DNA from: Hadesarchaea archaeon
GTDB taxonomy: Archaea > Hadarchaeota > Hadarchaeia > Hadarchaeales > Hadarchaeaceae
NCBI GenBank assembly: GCA_029259175.1
Contig: JAPDJH010000009.1
Span: 18,123-82,122 of the forward strand
Length of the DNA stretch: 64,000 nucleotides
Direction: 5' to 3'
Each line of letters opens with the position of its first letter. Positions within the stretch are counted from its first letter, which is position 1. The notes under the pieces are model-generated. The model saw only the letters and a program-made list of their open reading frames with translations. It ran no database searches and was not told where the DNA came from. A program made the position numbers and the translations under genes. Shown here piece by piece: positions 18,839-29,894 of this stretch.

Positions 18839-20188
18839 TCACTTCTTTTTTACCACACTCTCCACCACGCCCGCCGCCCTGCGCAGCAATTCTTTCGCAC
18901 CCGCCTCGTCTTCGGCTTCGGCGGTTACCCTGATATACGGCTCCGTGCCCGAGGGCCTGACGAGCACCCATCCGCTCTCAGCATCAACCCGCACGCCGTC
19001 CGCCGTCGAAATCTCCCCCTTCGCCTCCCGCGGCAGGAGCTCCTCAACCTTTCGCATGACCTCTCCTTTTCGCTCGTTCGGGCACGCGATCTTTTCCCTC
19101 AGCGTCACATAGTCGGGCAGCTCGTCGACCAGCTCAGATAGCTTGCGCCCCGTCGACTCCAGCAGCTCCACCACCTTCAGAGCGGCGAGCGGGCCATCGG
19201 GCGCCAGATGAACCTCCGGAAAGATCCACGAACCGCTGGGCTCGCCTCCGAACACCGCCCTGTGCTCGACCACCGCCTGCGCCACTGCCACGTCACCAAC
19301 CCGAACGCGAACAACGCGGCCTCCCCGCTCCTCGACCGCGTCTTCCACGACCCTCGAGGCGTCGACCGTGGTAACCACCACGTCGCCCGGCTTTTTAACC
19401 TGAAAAGCGGCCATCAAAGCCAGCAACTTATCGCCCACAAACCTTCCCTTCTCGTCAACGGCACCGATGCGATCGGCATCCCCGTCGTGGGCCAGACCCA
19501 CACCAACTCCCAGCTCCCGCACCGTTTTCGCCAAAACCTGCAAGTTTTTCTCATTCGGCTCCAGCCCACGCGCGGGAAACAGCCCATCGGGATTGGAGTT
19601 CAACGCGATGACCTTGCACCCTCGCTCCCTCAGCAGCTGCGGAGTGACGACCGACGCCGCCCCATTGCCGCAGTCCACCACCACCGTGAGCGTACTCTCG
19701 AACCCCACCCTTTCAGCCATAACTTGCTCGTACCGCGAGAGCAAGTCGATTTCTCTACATGTCCCGATCTCGTCCCAGCCGACCGTCCGCCACCGGCGCC
19801 CAAAATAGAGCTCCTCAATCTTCTCCTCCTCAGCCGGTGTGTAGGCCATCCCGTCCCGATTCCAGCATTTCAGGCCGTTGTACTCAGGGGGATTGTGGGA
19901 CGCCGTTATCATGGCGCCCGACTTGGCCCCCACGAGCTTCGTCCCCAGCGCGAGGACGGGGGTGGGAACCATGCCTGCTAGCGCAACATCGCACCCCCCT
20001 GACAGCAAGCCAGCTACGAGCGCGTTCTCGAGCACCGGACCGGATAGCCTCGGGTCGCGGCCAACGACCACCGTCCCAGAATTGCCAAGAACGGTCGCAA
20101 TAACTCGGCCCAAATCCGCAAACAGCTCTGGCGTGATCTCCTTTCCAAATATCCCCCGAACACCGGACGTTCCGAAAAGCTTTCCCAC
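18839..20188 (-). CDS. glmM: Phosphoglucosamine mutase / phosphomannomutase (archaeal GlmM)
   Basis: 'GKLFGTSGVRGIFG', active-site 'TASHNPPEYNGLK', 'DGDADR'. Start set at the GTG at 20186-20188. The longer ATG ORF has an Arg/Ser-rich non-homologous extension. Confidence 0.75.
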   Translation of the reverse strand: MGKLFGTSGVRGIFGKEITPELFADLGRVIATVLGNSGTVVVGRDPRLSGPVLENALVAGLLSGGCDVALAGMVPTPVLALGTKLVGAKSGAMITASHNPPEYNGLKCWNRDGMAYTPAEEEKIEELYFGRRWRTVGWDEIGTCREIDLLSRYEQVMAERVGFESTLTVVVDCGNGAASVVTPQLLRERGCKVIALNSNPDGLFPARGLEPNEKNLQVLAKTVRELGVGVGLAHDGDADRIGAVDEKGRFVGDKLLALMAAFQVKKPGDVVVTTVDASRVVEDAVEERGGRVVRVRVGDVAVAQAVVEHRAVFGGEPSGSWIFPEVHLAPDGPLAALKVVELLESTGRKLSELVDELPDYVTLREKIACPNERKGEVMRKVEELLPREAKGEISTADGVRVDAESGWVLVRPSGTEPYIRVTAEAEDEAGAKELLRRAAGVVESVVKKK

Positions 20189-20201
20189 CCACTGGCCTCC
20201 T

Positions 20202-20810
20202 TCACGAAGCTGAACCCGGACGGGCAAGCAACTTGCTCTTGTAGACCTCCACTCGCCGAATCGGGTGAAAGCGCTTGGCCTCCTTGTAGATGTCCGCAGC
20301 GAGCTTCCCGAGCACCATCTCCTGTACAAACTGGTCGAAGTTGCGCTCGCGTGCTTTCGCCGTCACGACCTCCCGGATGGCCTTGCGTATCTGCTTGACC
20401 TTCGAGCTCTGAGCGCGTCCGAGCGTTATCGCCATGGCAGTCACGCGCAGCGTGTACCCGTCTTTCGTGGTCACCGTGGTTATGTCCTCAGCCTTTCTGC
20501 TCCTGCGCCTGATCTGACTCTTCACGTAATCGCGAGCCATTTCGTGCCCAACAAAATCCGTTTTTGCGTTCGTGTCATCCACCGTTCTGATTTGAAAGTA
20601 TAGCTTGATGTGCGACTTGGAAAAGTCGTTTATCAGATCGCCCAGAGTCGTCTCGAAAACCCTCCCGATGAGGTGCTGAGGATCGGACGCCGGGGTCTCC
20701 CCTATAGGGGTATTGCCGAACATGGAGGGCGCCAGCACCTCGTACCATGCCTTCTCACGCCAGCTCTTGACCCTCTTCCGTCTTTCTGCAGCCGACGCCA
20801 TCTCAACCAC
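20202..20810 (-). CDS. rps3ae: Ribosomal protein S3Ae (eS1)
   Basis: 'RRKRVKSWREKAWYEVLAPSMFGNTPIGETPASDPQHLIGRVFETTLGDL'. Confidence 0.85.
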   Translation of the reverse strand: MVEMASAAERRKRVKSWREKAWYEVLAPSMFGNTPIGETPASDPQHLIGRVFETTLGDLINDFSKSHIKLYFQIRTVDDTNAKTDFVGHEMARDYVKSQIRRRSRKAEDITTVTTKDGYTLRVTAMAITLGRAQSSKVKQIRKAIREVVTAKARERNFDQFVQEMVLGKLAADIYKEAKRFHPIRRVEVYKSKLLARPGSAS

Positions 20811-22293
20811 CCATTTGCCTGATTTTCTGACGGACGAGTTCGGGCCACGCCTCCATTTCCAATCCGTGCTGAGCCAAGAATCCCACGACCCAGCGGCTCG
20901 TCCCGAAACCGCAGCAGCCCGTCCACATCTCTCTCCCCTTCGCTTCCTTAATCTTAAAGCTCTCGGTGAACTTGGTGCGGTGAACGTTGTAAGAGCCTAT
21001 CTCGAGCCAATCCTTTTTGTACGGGAGCCAGACCTCGAGATCGTACGTGGCGACTTTGCGCGGGTCTGTGCTCGTCTCGCGTGTTCCCTCCCGCATGTAG
21101 AAGGGGGTCGCTTCCGTGACCCTCCACTCTATCTCCAAGTCATCGAGAATCTCTATACTGTGATCCAACACCTTGCCCCTCAGCTCCGCCACATCGTCCG
21201 GGCTTCCCAGCATCACAAACTCAATACGCCTGAACTCTTGGGTCCGGATCAATCCCTCCACGCCGCCGCCCTCCCAGCGGTAGGTCCACCCGCTGCGGTC
21301 GAACTGTTTGATCGGCGTCTGCTCAAGCGAAACGACCTTCCTCGAGAACTGCTGGTAGAAGGGCTCGCACTGCGCCGGGGCCAGCACATACGCCGGGTCC
21401 TTAAGAACCTTCCTCAGTTCATCCGCAGAAATCCTCTTCATCAGCTTGAGCTGCCGTTTGAAATTCTCAAAGCTCTCTGGATCGCGGGGCGGCGGAGAAA
21501 CGTAGTACATGCCCTCCGGAACGCCATCGAGATATCCGGGCATTCGCTGCATCACCTCCAGCGGAATCAGCTTCGGAAACATCACCTCCTCGAACCCCAA
21601 CGGTCTTGCCACGCGCTCGATGATGATCTCCTCCAAAGCGCGAAGCAAAGCAGTATAGGGGTGTAAGTAAATCCACTGCCCGCGGCCGGGGAACTCCACG
21701 ATCCAGCCCCGCTTCACTGCCTCCTCGAACGGATCGGTGGTGAACCGGTGCTCCCTGGGTTTGCTTTGCCTCACGACCACGATTTCTTCCTTGGCCTGCA
21801 CAACGGAGGGCTGCAACAGTTGCTCCACTGAGGACACCAGCCGATCGACCATCCGCCCGCGAATATCGGTCTCGGAGAGATCTGTGAGTCGCAGGATAAT
21901 CTGGCCACCAGAAATCTCACACCCAAGCTTTCGGAGTTCTGGCTCGACCGATGACGGGATCTCGCCAACCGAAAACACTATGGTATAAGTGGGTGCCCCG
22001 ATCTCCCTCAGACCTATCCGGTGGGCCCGACCGAGCTCGCTGGAAAGGGCCTTGCCAATCCGCAACAGGGCATCGTGGGCCCGCACGTATCTGCCGGACT
22101 CTATCCACACGCGAAGCTTGTTGCCCTCGATCTCCCATCTCCTCAGCCGAGCCGCTTCGTCCTCCTTGCCCTTGGGAGCGCCCTTCACCAACAGCTGTTT
22201 TGAATCTTCGAACACGCTCTTGACACGATCCGCCACGGCCGAGAGATCACGGCTGAAACCGAGCACGCCCTCTAGCTCAAACTTCACTTCCAC
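20803..22293 (-). CDS. serS: Seryl-tRNA synthetase, methanogen (atypical) type
   Basis: 496 aa. N-terminal 'KFELEGVLGFS...WEIEGNKLRVWIESGRYVRAHDALLRIGKALSSELGRAHRIGLREI' closely resembles the Methanosarcina-type SerRS N-domain as recalled. Class-II motif 2-like 'TQEFRRIEFVMLGSPDD'. Confidence 0.65.
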   Translation of the reverse strand: MEVKFELEGVLGFSRDLSAVADRVKSVFEDSKQLLVKGAPKGKEDEAARLRRWEIEGNKLRVWIESGRYVRAHDALLRIGKALSSELGRAHRIGLREIGAPTYTIVFSVGEIPSSVEPELRKLGCEISGGQIILRLTDLSETDIRGRMVDRLVSSVEQLLQPSVVQAKEEIVVVRQSKPREHRFTTDPFEEAVKRGWIVEFPGRGQWIYLHPYTALLRALEEIIIERVARPLGFEEVMFPKLIPLEVMQRMPGYLDGVPEGMYYVSPPPRDPESFENFKRQLKLMKRISADELRKVLKDPAYVLAPAQCEPFYQQFSRKVVSLEQTPIKQFDRSGWTYRWEGGGVEGLIRTQEFRRIEFVMLGSPDDVAELRGKVLDHSIEILDDLEIEWRVTEATPFYMREGTRETSTDPRKVATYDLEVWLPYKKDWLEIGSYNVHRTKFTESFKIKEAKGREMWTGCCGFGTSRWVVGFLAQHGLEMEAWPELVRQKIRQMGG

Positions 22294-22311
22294 TCTTCCG
22301 CCTCCTTCCCA

Positions 22312-22566
22312 TCAATCCTTGTGGTTTTTTTCCTTCAAAACGTTCTCAGCTGCTTGGGTGCAAGCAAGCAGATCGTCCAGTGTATTCAGAAGGGTCTCCA
22401 CCCGACCATCGAATTCGATTTCTGTTCTCACGGTGCTTCCCCGCTGTTCAGTGCTGACTCGAAAGCCCGGTGGTAGCCCCTCGTTATCGGGAGCCACCGC
22501 GCGCGCTATCGCTCGGGCCACGCGCTTGTTCTCATAAACACCGACCACTGTGGCTTTGATCCGCAT
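22312..22566 (-). CDS. Pcc1-like small protein (possible second KEOPS Pcc1/Pcc2 paralog)
   Basis: 84 aa. 'MRIKATVVGVYENKRVARAIARAVAPDNEGL...RGSTVRTEIEFDGRVETLLNTLDDLLACTQAAENVLK' follows the Pcc1 pattern (A..I..A..PD...V...G..L...I.A.D...L...L..L). Confidence 0.4.
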   Translation of the reverse strand: MRIKATVVGVYENKRVARAIARAVAPDNEGLPPGFRVSTEQRGSTVRTEIEFDGRVETLLNTLDDLLACTQAAENVLKEKNHKD

Positions 22567-22575
22567 AACAATGCC

Positions 22576-23829
22576 TCAGAACGTGCCCGGACGCACGGTG
22601 CCTACTTCCTTGCCCTCCCGCGTGACCTTCATCGAACCGAACTGGACTACTTTGATAGCGTCCACATCCGTCACGGGAGTGGTAACAACCATCTGTCCCC
22701 GGGCAAAATCGATCTTCTCGATTATTCCCAATCCTAATATTTCATTCTCATCGGAGGCCAATCCCACTATGACGTTCTTCTCCTCTCCCTGCACAATGAC
22801 CTTTATCGGCCCGTGCTGTGCTGCGAGCTCCTCTATCTGCTTTGGACTCATCCGCCACTTGCTCACCAGAATCGTGAACTCCGGGACCCGCTCCGCATAC
22901 AAGATGTTTTCTCCGAACTTCTCGGGATTGAGTGGAACCCCGGTCCTCACGTATGTGCGCTCGAAACGCACCTTTGACAGATTGAGCACTACACTTTTTG
23001 CGCTCTCGAAGTACTTCCCCAACAAAAGGGCTCGCAACTCGGCCCGCTCCGATGGGTTCCGCTTCCTCACCTTCGCAGAAACGGTGAGCTTCCGGATTTT
23101 GTGTGAGGGTAGGCACGAAAGGAGGTGCTCGAGCTCTGTCTGGCGCTGGAGGGCCACCACATAATCCGGATTCACAAGCTCCGCCGTGTAGAGCTGCAGA
23201 CTGCGCCCAGCGCCGCCAGCGACCCACCCGGGGGTGTTCACCAGCACCAGATCCGCATATTTCAGACCACGCTCAACCAGCCACTTCATCCCTACTATGA
23301 ACTCCAACATGTGGCCCGAAGGAGACATGGATCCAACGAAGTACAAGCTACGAAGCGGAACCTCGTAGAGCTGGGCAACCGGGCGCTCGAAAACTCCCAA
23401 TCCCATGGTGGTGGGCGGACCGATATCGGCTTGACCAACATCGCTGTCTACCGCAGCCATCCGAATGCCATGAGCAAGCAAGCGGTTTCCGAAGTAAGTG
23501 GTCAGAAAGGTTTTGCCCACGTCTACACTTCCGATCACCAAAACAACTCGTGGTCTGGTCTCTATCACCTCCTTCAAAAACGCGTCCCAGTCTGAAGGAA
23601 TCGTGCGGCCCGGGAGTTTCTCAACGACTCCACCGGCCCCCAACGTGTACTCTATTTGCGCGTCCGTTTCCGCCTCCAGAGGCACAGATTTGGCTCGAGG
23701 GATGGTAATCCGATCTCCCTTTTCTCGAAGCCCGCCCGAGACCAGAATCTTTCCTTCTTTGACCTCCAGCGATATCAGCCCTTCTATGCGATAAACCTCA
23801 CCGGCTTTTAGATCAAGCCGCGGCATCAT
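22576..23829 (-). CDS. Polynucleotide 5'-hydroxyl kinase, Clp1/Grc3 family
   Basis: 'VVLVIGSVDVGKTFLTTYFGNRLL...AAVDSDVGQADIGPPTTMGL' P-loop/Clp1 motifs. Start at the ATG that overlaps the upstream stop (ATGA). Confidence 0.65.
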   Translation of the reverse strand: MMPRLDLKAGEVYRIEGLISLEVKEGKILVSGGLREKGDRITIPRAKSVPLEAETDAQIEYTLGAGGVVEKLPGRTIPSDWDAFLKEVIETRPRVVLVIGSVDVGKTFLTTYFGNRLLAHGIRMAAVDSDVGQADIGPPTTMGLGVFERPVAQLYEVPLRSLYFVGSMSPSGHMLEFIVGMKWLVERGLKYADLVLVNTPGWVAGGAGRSLQLYTAELVNPDYVVALQRQTELEHLLSCLPSHKIRKLTVSAKVRKRNPSERAELRALLLGKYFESAKSVVLNLSKVRFERTYVRTGVPLNPEKFGENILYAERVPEFTILVSKWRMSPKQIEELAAQHGPIKVIVQGEEKNVIVGLASDENEILGLGIIEKIDFARGQMVVTTPVTDVDAIKVVQFGSMKVTREGKEVGTVRPGTF

Positions 23830-24251
23830 TCCACCTCGAAGTCCAGCGAAGGCCATTCCTTGCGTAGGATCTCACGGTTGATGCGTTCGACTTCCACGAT
23901 GTCCGATTTTTTCACCCGGACTTTCTCGGACACCGGCACCACCACAACCTCCTGCACTTCCCCAAGTGCGATCTCATCATCTCCGATCTCGGCAACTTTC
24001 CCGGCGATTGTCTTTCCATCCCGGGTTTTGAGCACTACCTCCTCCTCTGGCCGGATTTCTTTCACGTCGGTCTTCTGAACTATCTTCTCTAGACACATAG
24101 AAACGATTCCAGGATAAATTGGGATCTTTCTGTACATGTCGTGGAACTCGCTCAGAATGATCTCCACGAGCACCGGATTGCCGCGATAGCGCTCAAGAAG
24201 ACGAACCAACACCTCTGTAAGCTGCTGGAAATCGCTTTGCTCTAACGTCAT
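23826..24251 (-). CDS. Hypothetical protein, translationally coupled to the Clp1-like kinase
   Basis: 141 aa. Helical N-terminal half, beta-rich C-terminal half 'VVLKTRDGKTIAGKVAEIGDDEIALGEVQEVVVVPVSEKVRVKK'. Confidence 0.35.
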   Translation of the reverse strand: MTLEQSDFQQLTEVLVRLLERYRGNPVLVEIILSEFHDMYRKIPIYPGIVSMCLEKIVQKTDVKEIRPEEEVVLKTRDGKTIAGKVAEIGDDEIALGEVQEVVVVPVSEKVRVKKSDIVEVERINREILRKEWPSLDFEVE

Positions 24252-24302
24252 GCGACCAACACCACAATATGAAGGAGTTTTATAAACACTGTGGGTCTCG
24301 GG

Positions 24303-25691
24303 TTATTCGAGGCCAAAAGCTTCCGCAAGTTTTAGTTTCTCCGGCTCCAACTCTCCCCGATCCAGCGCCTTCGCGACTTCAATCAGCTGCTCAATCGCGA
24401 AAAGAAGTTCATGCATCACGGCGTACATCGGAACGGGCTTGTCAGCGAGCAACTCTGCTGCGCGTGCATGTCCACCTCCCCCGATACCTGAATACCCCGG
24501 GTATCGGCTCTGCAATCTGCGCGCGACCTCAAAACATATCTTACCACAGTTGATTATTCCTCCACCGCCGCGCATCGAGATGTGTACGCCGCGTTCTTTG
24601 GGGCAAAAAACGATCACCGCCGCATGGGGGTGGCCGCCCCTGCGCTTGAAAACCTCCAGTTTGGTCGAGGCAACAAACGGCAGAATGGCCGGAAAGGGAG
24701 CACGCTCCATGGCCTTCGCTTCACGCGCAAATAGCAAATAAATGCCCACCCCACGAACCTCTCCGAGGTACACGGGATTTTCTGTTCTAGCTTCCAGCAG
24801 ATCCCAATCTTCCTTGTACTGCTCGAATACCGTAGACAGAATCATCCCCTTTGGCTTGGTTCCGAGAAATTCACGAACCGTTCTTATCTGTTTAGGATCG
24901 ACTCCACGATCCACTAGCTCCAGCAGAAACTCGAGCACCAAGCGCGGGCCAGACACAACATCGATGTTCAGCATGTCCTTGTAGAAATGGGCAATCGTTC
25001 CGACTTGGAGAACTTCTCCTATCTGGTTGATGAGGGCAGTGCGCGTTCTGTCGACGATATCATACATGGTCGGGCGCCCGCTTCTTACTTCCAGCAAGTT
25101 CGGAAACACAGAGCGCACATAATCCAAAAATGGTTTCGTGAACTCGGCGGCGGTTTTTCCTACAGGATCGAAGGCAAAGTCGCCTCTGCACCCAACCAAC
25201 GCCGCAAAATCATCGTATCGATCAACTTCGGTCAGCTTTTTTGCAATCATGTGGCACAGCAAGGCACAAGCAGATGCGTAATCGGAGTTCTGCACAGTGG
25301 GATTGAAGAGCAGACACTTCTGGGGGCGGCCATCGAGCTGGTGATGGTCGATTATCACTATCGGCTCAATGTGCTTGAGCAGGGAATCATAATACTCAAA
25401 TGTGCCCTTATCAGAGATTATCAGCATGTCGAAACGGCCTTCTTGTTCCAGCGCTTCGACTAGGGTTTGCTCCCAAAGCTTAAAGTGCTGAGGCATGCGC
25501 ACTACGACTTCGGCACCCTTAAGTCGCTCCAGCATCCGCTTCAGAATGAAAGCGCTAGTGATGCCATCAAGATCGTGATGCGAAAATATCAGAACACGTG
25601 GATTTTGTTTGAGGTCCCGAATGGCCTGTACCACGCTCGGAAAGCCAGAGTTTCGCTCGTATAAGTCCTCAATCTGTTGCTGATACCTCAT
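24303..25691 (-). CDS. RecJ-like DHH/DHHA1 nuclease paralog 1
   Basis: 'VLIFSHHDLDGITSAFIL', 'VIIDHHQLDG', 'GGGGHARAAE'. Start moved to the internal ATG at 25691 so that spacing to the DHH motif matches the paralog. The track ORF to 25841 overlaps the upstream gene by 173 nt. Confidence 0.6.
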   Translation of the reverse strand: MRYQQQIEDLYERNSGFPSVVQAIRDLKQNPRVLIFSHHDLDGITSAFILKRMLERLKGAEVVVRMPQHFKLWEQTLVEALEQEGRFDMLIISDKGTFEYYDSLLKHIEPIVIIDHHQLDGRPQKCLLFNPTVQNSDYASACALLCHMIAKKLTEVDRYDDFAALVGCRGDFAFDPVGKTAAEFTKPFLDYVRSVFPNLLEVRSGRPTMYDIVDRTRTALINQIGEVLQVGTIAHFYKDMLNIDVVSGPRLVLEFLLELVDRGVDPKQIRTVREFLGTKPKGMILSTVFEQYKEDWDLLEARTENPVYLGEVRGVGIYLLFAREAKAMERAPFPAILPFVASTKLEVFKRRGGHPHAAVIVFCPKERGVHISMRGGGGIINCGKICFEVARRLQSRYPGYSGIGGGGHARAAELLADKPVPMYAVMHELLFAIEQLIEVAKALDRGELEPEKLKLAEAFGLE

Positions 25692-27093
25692 GCGAGCCCT
25701 CCAACGACTTATCCAAGAGAGATAAGAACTCTTCGATTTCAGATGGCGGAATTCGAGCAGCAGCAGCGACGTCATGGCCCCCTCCAACTCCTCCGGCTCT
25801 TTCTGCTGCAGCTTTGATTGCCGCCCCGAGATCCAGCCCACCCATCGCTAGTGCCGGTGTTGAACGAGCAGAAACTTTGATCTCCCCCGTTGGTGTTTTG
25901 CTGAAAATCACGATCGGCTTATCCATCCGAACGAGGCCCGATTCGATGAGCAGAGAGACCGCCTCCCCAACCAACGCCGGGCGGACACCGTCTCCTCCAT
26001 CCAAAACTCTAAGATTCTGACGTTCTCTAACAGACCCCAGCCGGTTCACCAGATATTCCAAGGCTCTCAGCATTTCTTCTTGATAGGTGGTAAGCAAAGA
26101 CGTGGCCTCGTGGAAAGCTGTTCGGTCTCCTATCAGGGCTGAAAGACCGATTTCTGGTTTGTTAAGACTGCCGCAAGCATCGAGCAACGCCGAACACTCA
26201 CGGAAAGTTAGAGAAAGCAAATGAAATCCGGCCACGGGCTGATGAATAGAACCCCACAGCGTGTGTCGGAACTCCTCAGCCTTCGCAGCCTCCCCGGCCC
26301 GAGCCACCAACAGGTCCGCCAGCGCCTTTTCTTCTTCCATGTCCAGCTGGCTGAGCATCGTTGAGGGCTTCAGATCCAATTCCTCAAGCACTTGCTGGCA
26401 TACGGTCGGGTGGCCGGAAAGGCCCTTGATGAAAGGTCTGATCGAAAGTCTCAGGGTTTCTACGAGCGGTCGAAAAGACCGGCCCACCAGCCGCAGACCT
26501 TCCCGAGTTTCGACAAATCCCAGATCCACGGCCCGCTTGTATAACACATCGTTCACTCCGGTAAAACCGGAAAAGAACTCCTGTCGGTCGCCGATAGCTC
26601 CGATGAGAGCAACCACGATGAGCGAACGAAAGCGGGGGTCTAGGTTTTCAACCACCACATAAGCAGCGCTGCTTCCACTGACGTCCTTCGCACCGTTCAT
26701 TCCAATAGAGTGAGGATTCAAAACCGCGAGATTTGGGTGCTCGTGAAACTCGCCCGGATGATGATCGATTATGATCACATCCCGATGTTTCGCGAGCAGG
26801 CTCTTGTGAATTGCCTCGAGTTGGGCCGAACCCTGATCAAGAAAAACGAAGAGCTCGTATTCCTCCTGTCCCAGCTCGGCGATTTCTGCAGGCTTTTTCG
26901 GTCTGCTGAACTCGATTGAAAAAGGGACATCATAAAATCTCAGACACTCTGCCAGAATCATGGTTGCGGCAATTCCGTCGGTATCTCGGTGCGCCACTAT
27001 TTTGACCGAGCGTTTTTGCTCGATCCGATCTTTCAGAAAATCAGCGACTCTCGAACCCATCCGCAAGAATGTCCGAACATCCGCCTTTCCCAT
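25669..27093 (-). CDS. RecJ-like DHH/DHHA1 nuclease paralog 2
   Basis: 'KIVAHRDTDGIAATMILAE', 'VIIIDHHPGEF', 'GVGGGHDVAAAAR'. Confidence 0.6.
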   Translation of the reverse strand: MGKADVRTFLRMGSRVADFLKDRIEQKRSVKIVAHRDTDGIAATMILAECLRFYDVPFSIEFSRPKKPAEIAELGQEEYELFVFLDQGSAQLEAIHKSLLAKHRDVIIIDHHPGEFHEHPNLAVLNPHSIGMNGAKDVSGSSAAYVVVENLDPRFRSLIVVALIGAIGDRQEFFSGFTGVNDVLYKRAVDLGFVETREGLRLVGRSFRPLVETLRLSIRPFIKGLSGHPTVCQQVLEELDLKPSTMLSQLDMEEEKALADLLVARAGEAAKAEEFRHTLWGSIHQPVAGFHLLSLTFRECSALLDACGSLNKPEIGLSALIGDRTAFHEATSLLTTYQEEMLRALEYLVNRLGSVRERQNLRVLDGGDGVRPALVGEAVSLLIESGLVRMDKPIVIFSKTPTGEIKVSARSTPALAMGGLDLGAAIKAAAERAGGVGGGHDVAAAARIPPSEIEEFLSLLDKSLEGSHEVSATD

Positions 27094-27178
27094 CGTTCTC
27101 CCTTTCTTTAGGTTATCTTCTTTCTTCTACTCAAGCTCCTAATAATTTTTCGATATCCCGCTGCGAGCGCTCCAAAAA

Positions 27179-27568
27179 TCACTTTACCAAGAGAGCTGCT
27201 CGCTCTCGGTCGTATCTCCAGTCCTTGGGAAGCATCCCTTTCCGCTTGTAATACCGAGCGAGCCGGTTTATTCGGGATTCTAAAATCTCCAAGGCCCGTT
27301 TGCTTTTGAAGTCCTTTCGGTGCTTCGCCAAGTGCTCGTAGAGCGTCACGGCGCGCTTTATAACATTTGCCAAGTCTTCGGGCAAGGAGGGCTGCAAGTT
27401 CCTCTCTTTAAGAATTTGCAAAATGCTCTTCCCCGTGACTACTTTCACTTTTGGTACTGCGTATTGATCCCGCAAAATCAGGCCTATCCTGCTGGGAAGT
27501 ACTCCCTCCTTCGCCAGCTTGACCACGAGTTCCTCCACCTCAGAAGGCGACAGCTCTGTTTGCGCCAT
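27179..27568 (-). CDS. rps15: Ribosomal protein S15 (uS15/S13e)
   Basis: 'LPEDLANVIKRAVTLYEHLAKHRKDFKSKRALEILESRINRLARYYKRKG'. Confidence 0.85.
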   Translation of the reverse strand: MAQTELSPSEVEELVVKLAKEGVLPSRIGLILRDQYAVPKVKVVTGKSILQILKERNLQPSLPEDLANVIKRAVTLYEHLAKHRKDFKSKRALEILESRINRLARYYKRKGMLPKDWRYDRERAALLVK

Positions 27569-27577
27569 ATCTGCCCC

Positions 27578-28140
27578 TCAAATTTCCCTGATTTCTCTCC
27601 CTTTAAACCATTCCATGAAAGCGCGGAGGGCCCTTCCACGATGCGAGAACTTGTTCTTCTCTCCAACGTCCATTTCGGCAAACGTTTTTCCACCGCCGCC
27701 CTCTGGCTCGAATATGGGATCAAAACCAAATCCCTTATCGCCCCGCGCTTCTGTGGAGATTTTCCCGGGACAAACCCCAACAAAGAGAACCGGGTCGCCT
27801 CCTGGCTCGCAGTACCCAACGACTGAGCGGAATTCAGCTCTTCGGTCATTCACCCCCTCCAGAAGCCTCAGAATACCAGCATTTCCGATGGTCAAAAACA
27901 CATATTTGGAATAAGGGCCGGGAAATCCGCCCAAGCGATGCACGAACAAACCTGCGTCTTCCACAAAGCAGGCGGCTCCGAGCTTGGAGGAGACCTCCCG
28001 AACACCTCTGCGAACTATCTCCTCCAAGGAATCCGACTGAATTTCCGTGTATCCTGTTTTTTCTTGGACGATTTCTATACCGAAGAGAAACGCCAAAGCT
28101 TTTGCCTCGAGAAACTTGTGGTCATTGCCTGTAACAAAAA

Positions 28141-28150
<10 letters not shown>
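27578..28150 (-). CDS. Non-canonical purine NTP pyrophosphatase (Ham1/RdgB)
   Basis: 'MALIFVTGNDHKFLEAK...GFGFDPIFEPEGGGGKTFAEM...KFSHRGRAL'. Confidence 0.8.
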
Positions 28151-29810
<1,660 letters not shown>

Positions 29811-29894
29811 TCAATATAGCGGGCCCCTCTTTAAACGCGTATGGTTAACGACAAAAGGTTTTATTTAACATCAATGTTCAACAACTGGGGGCTC

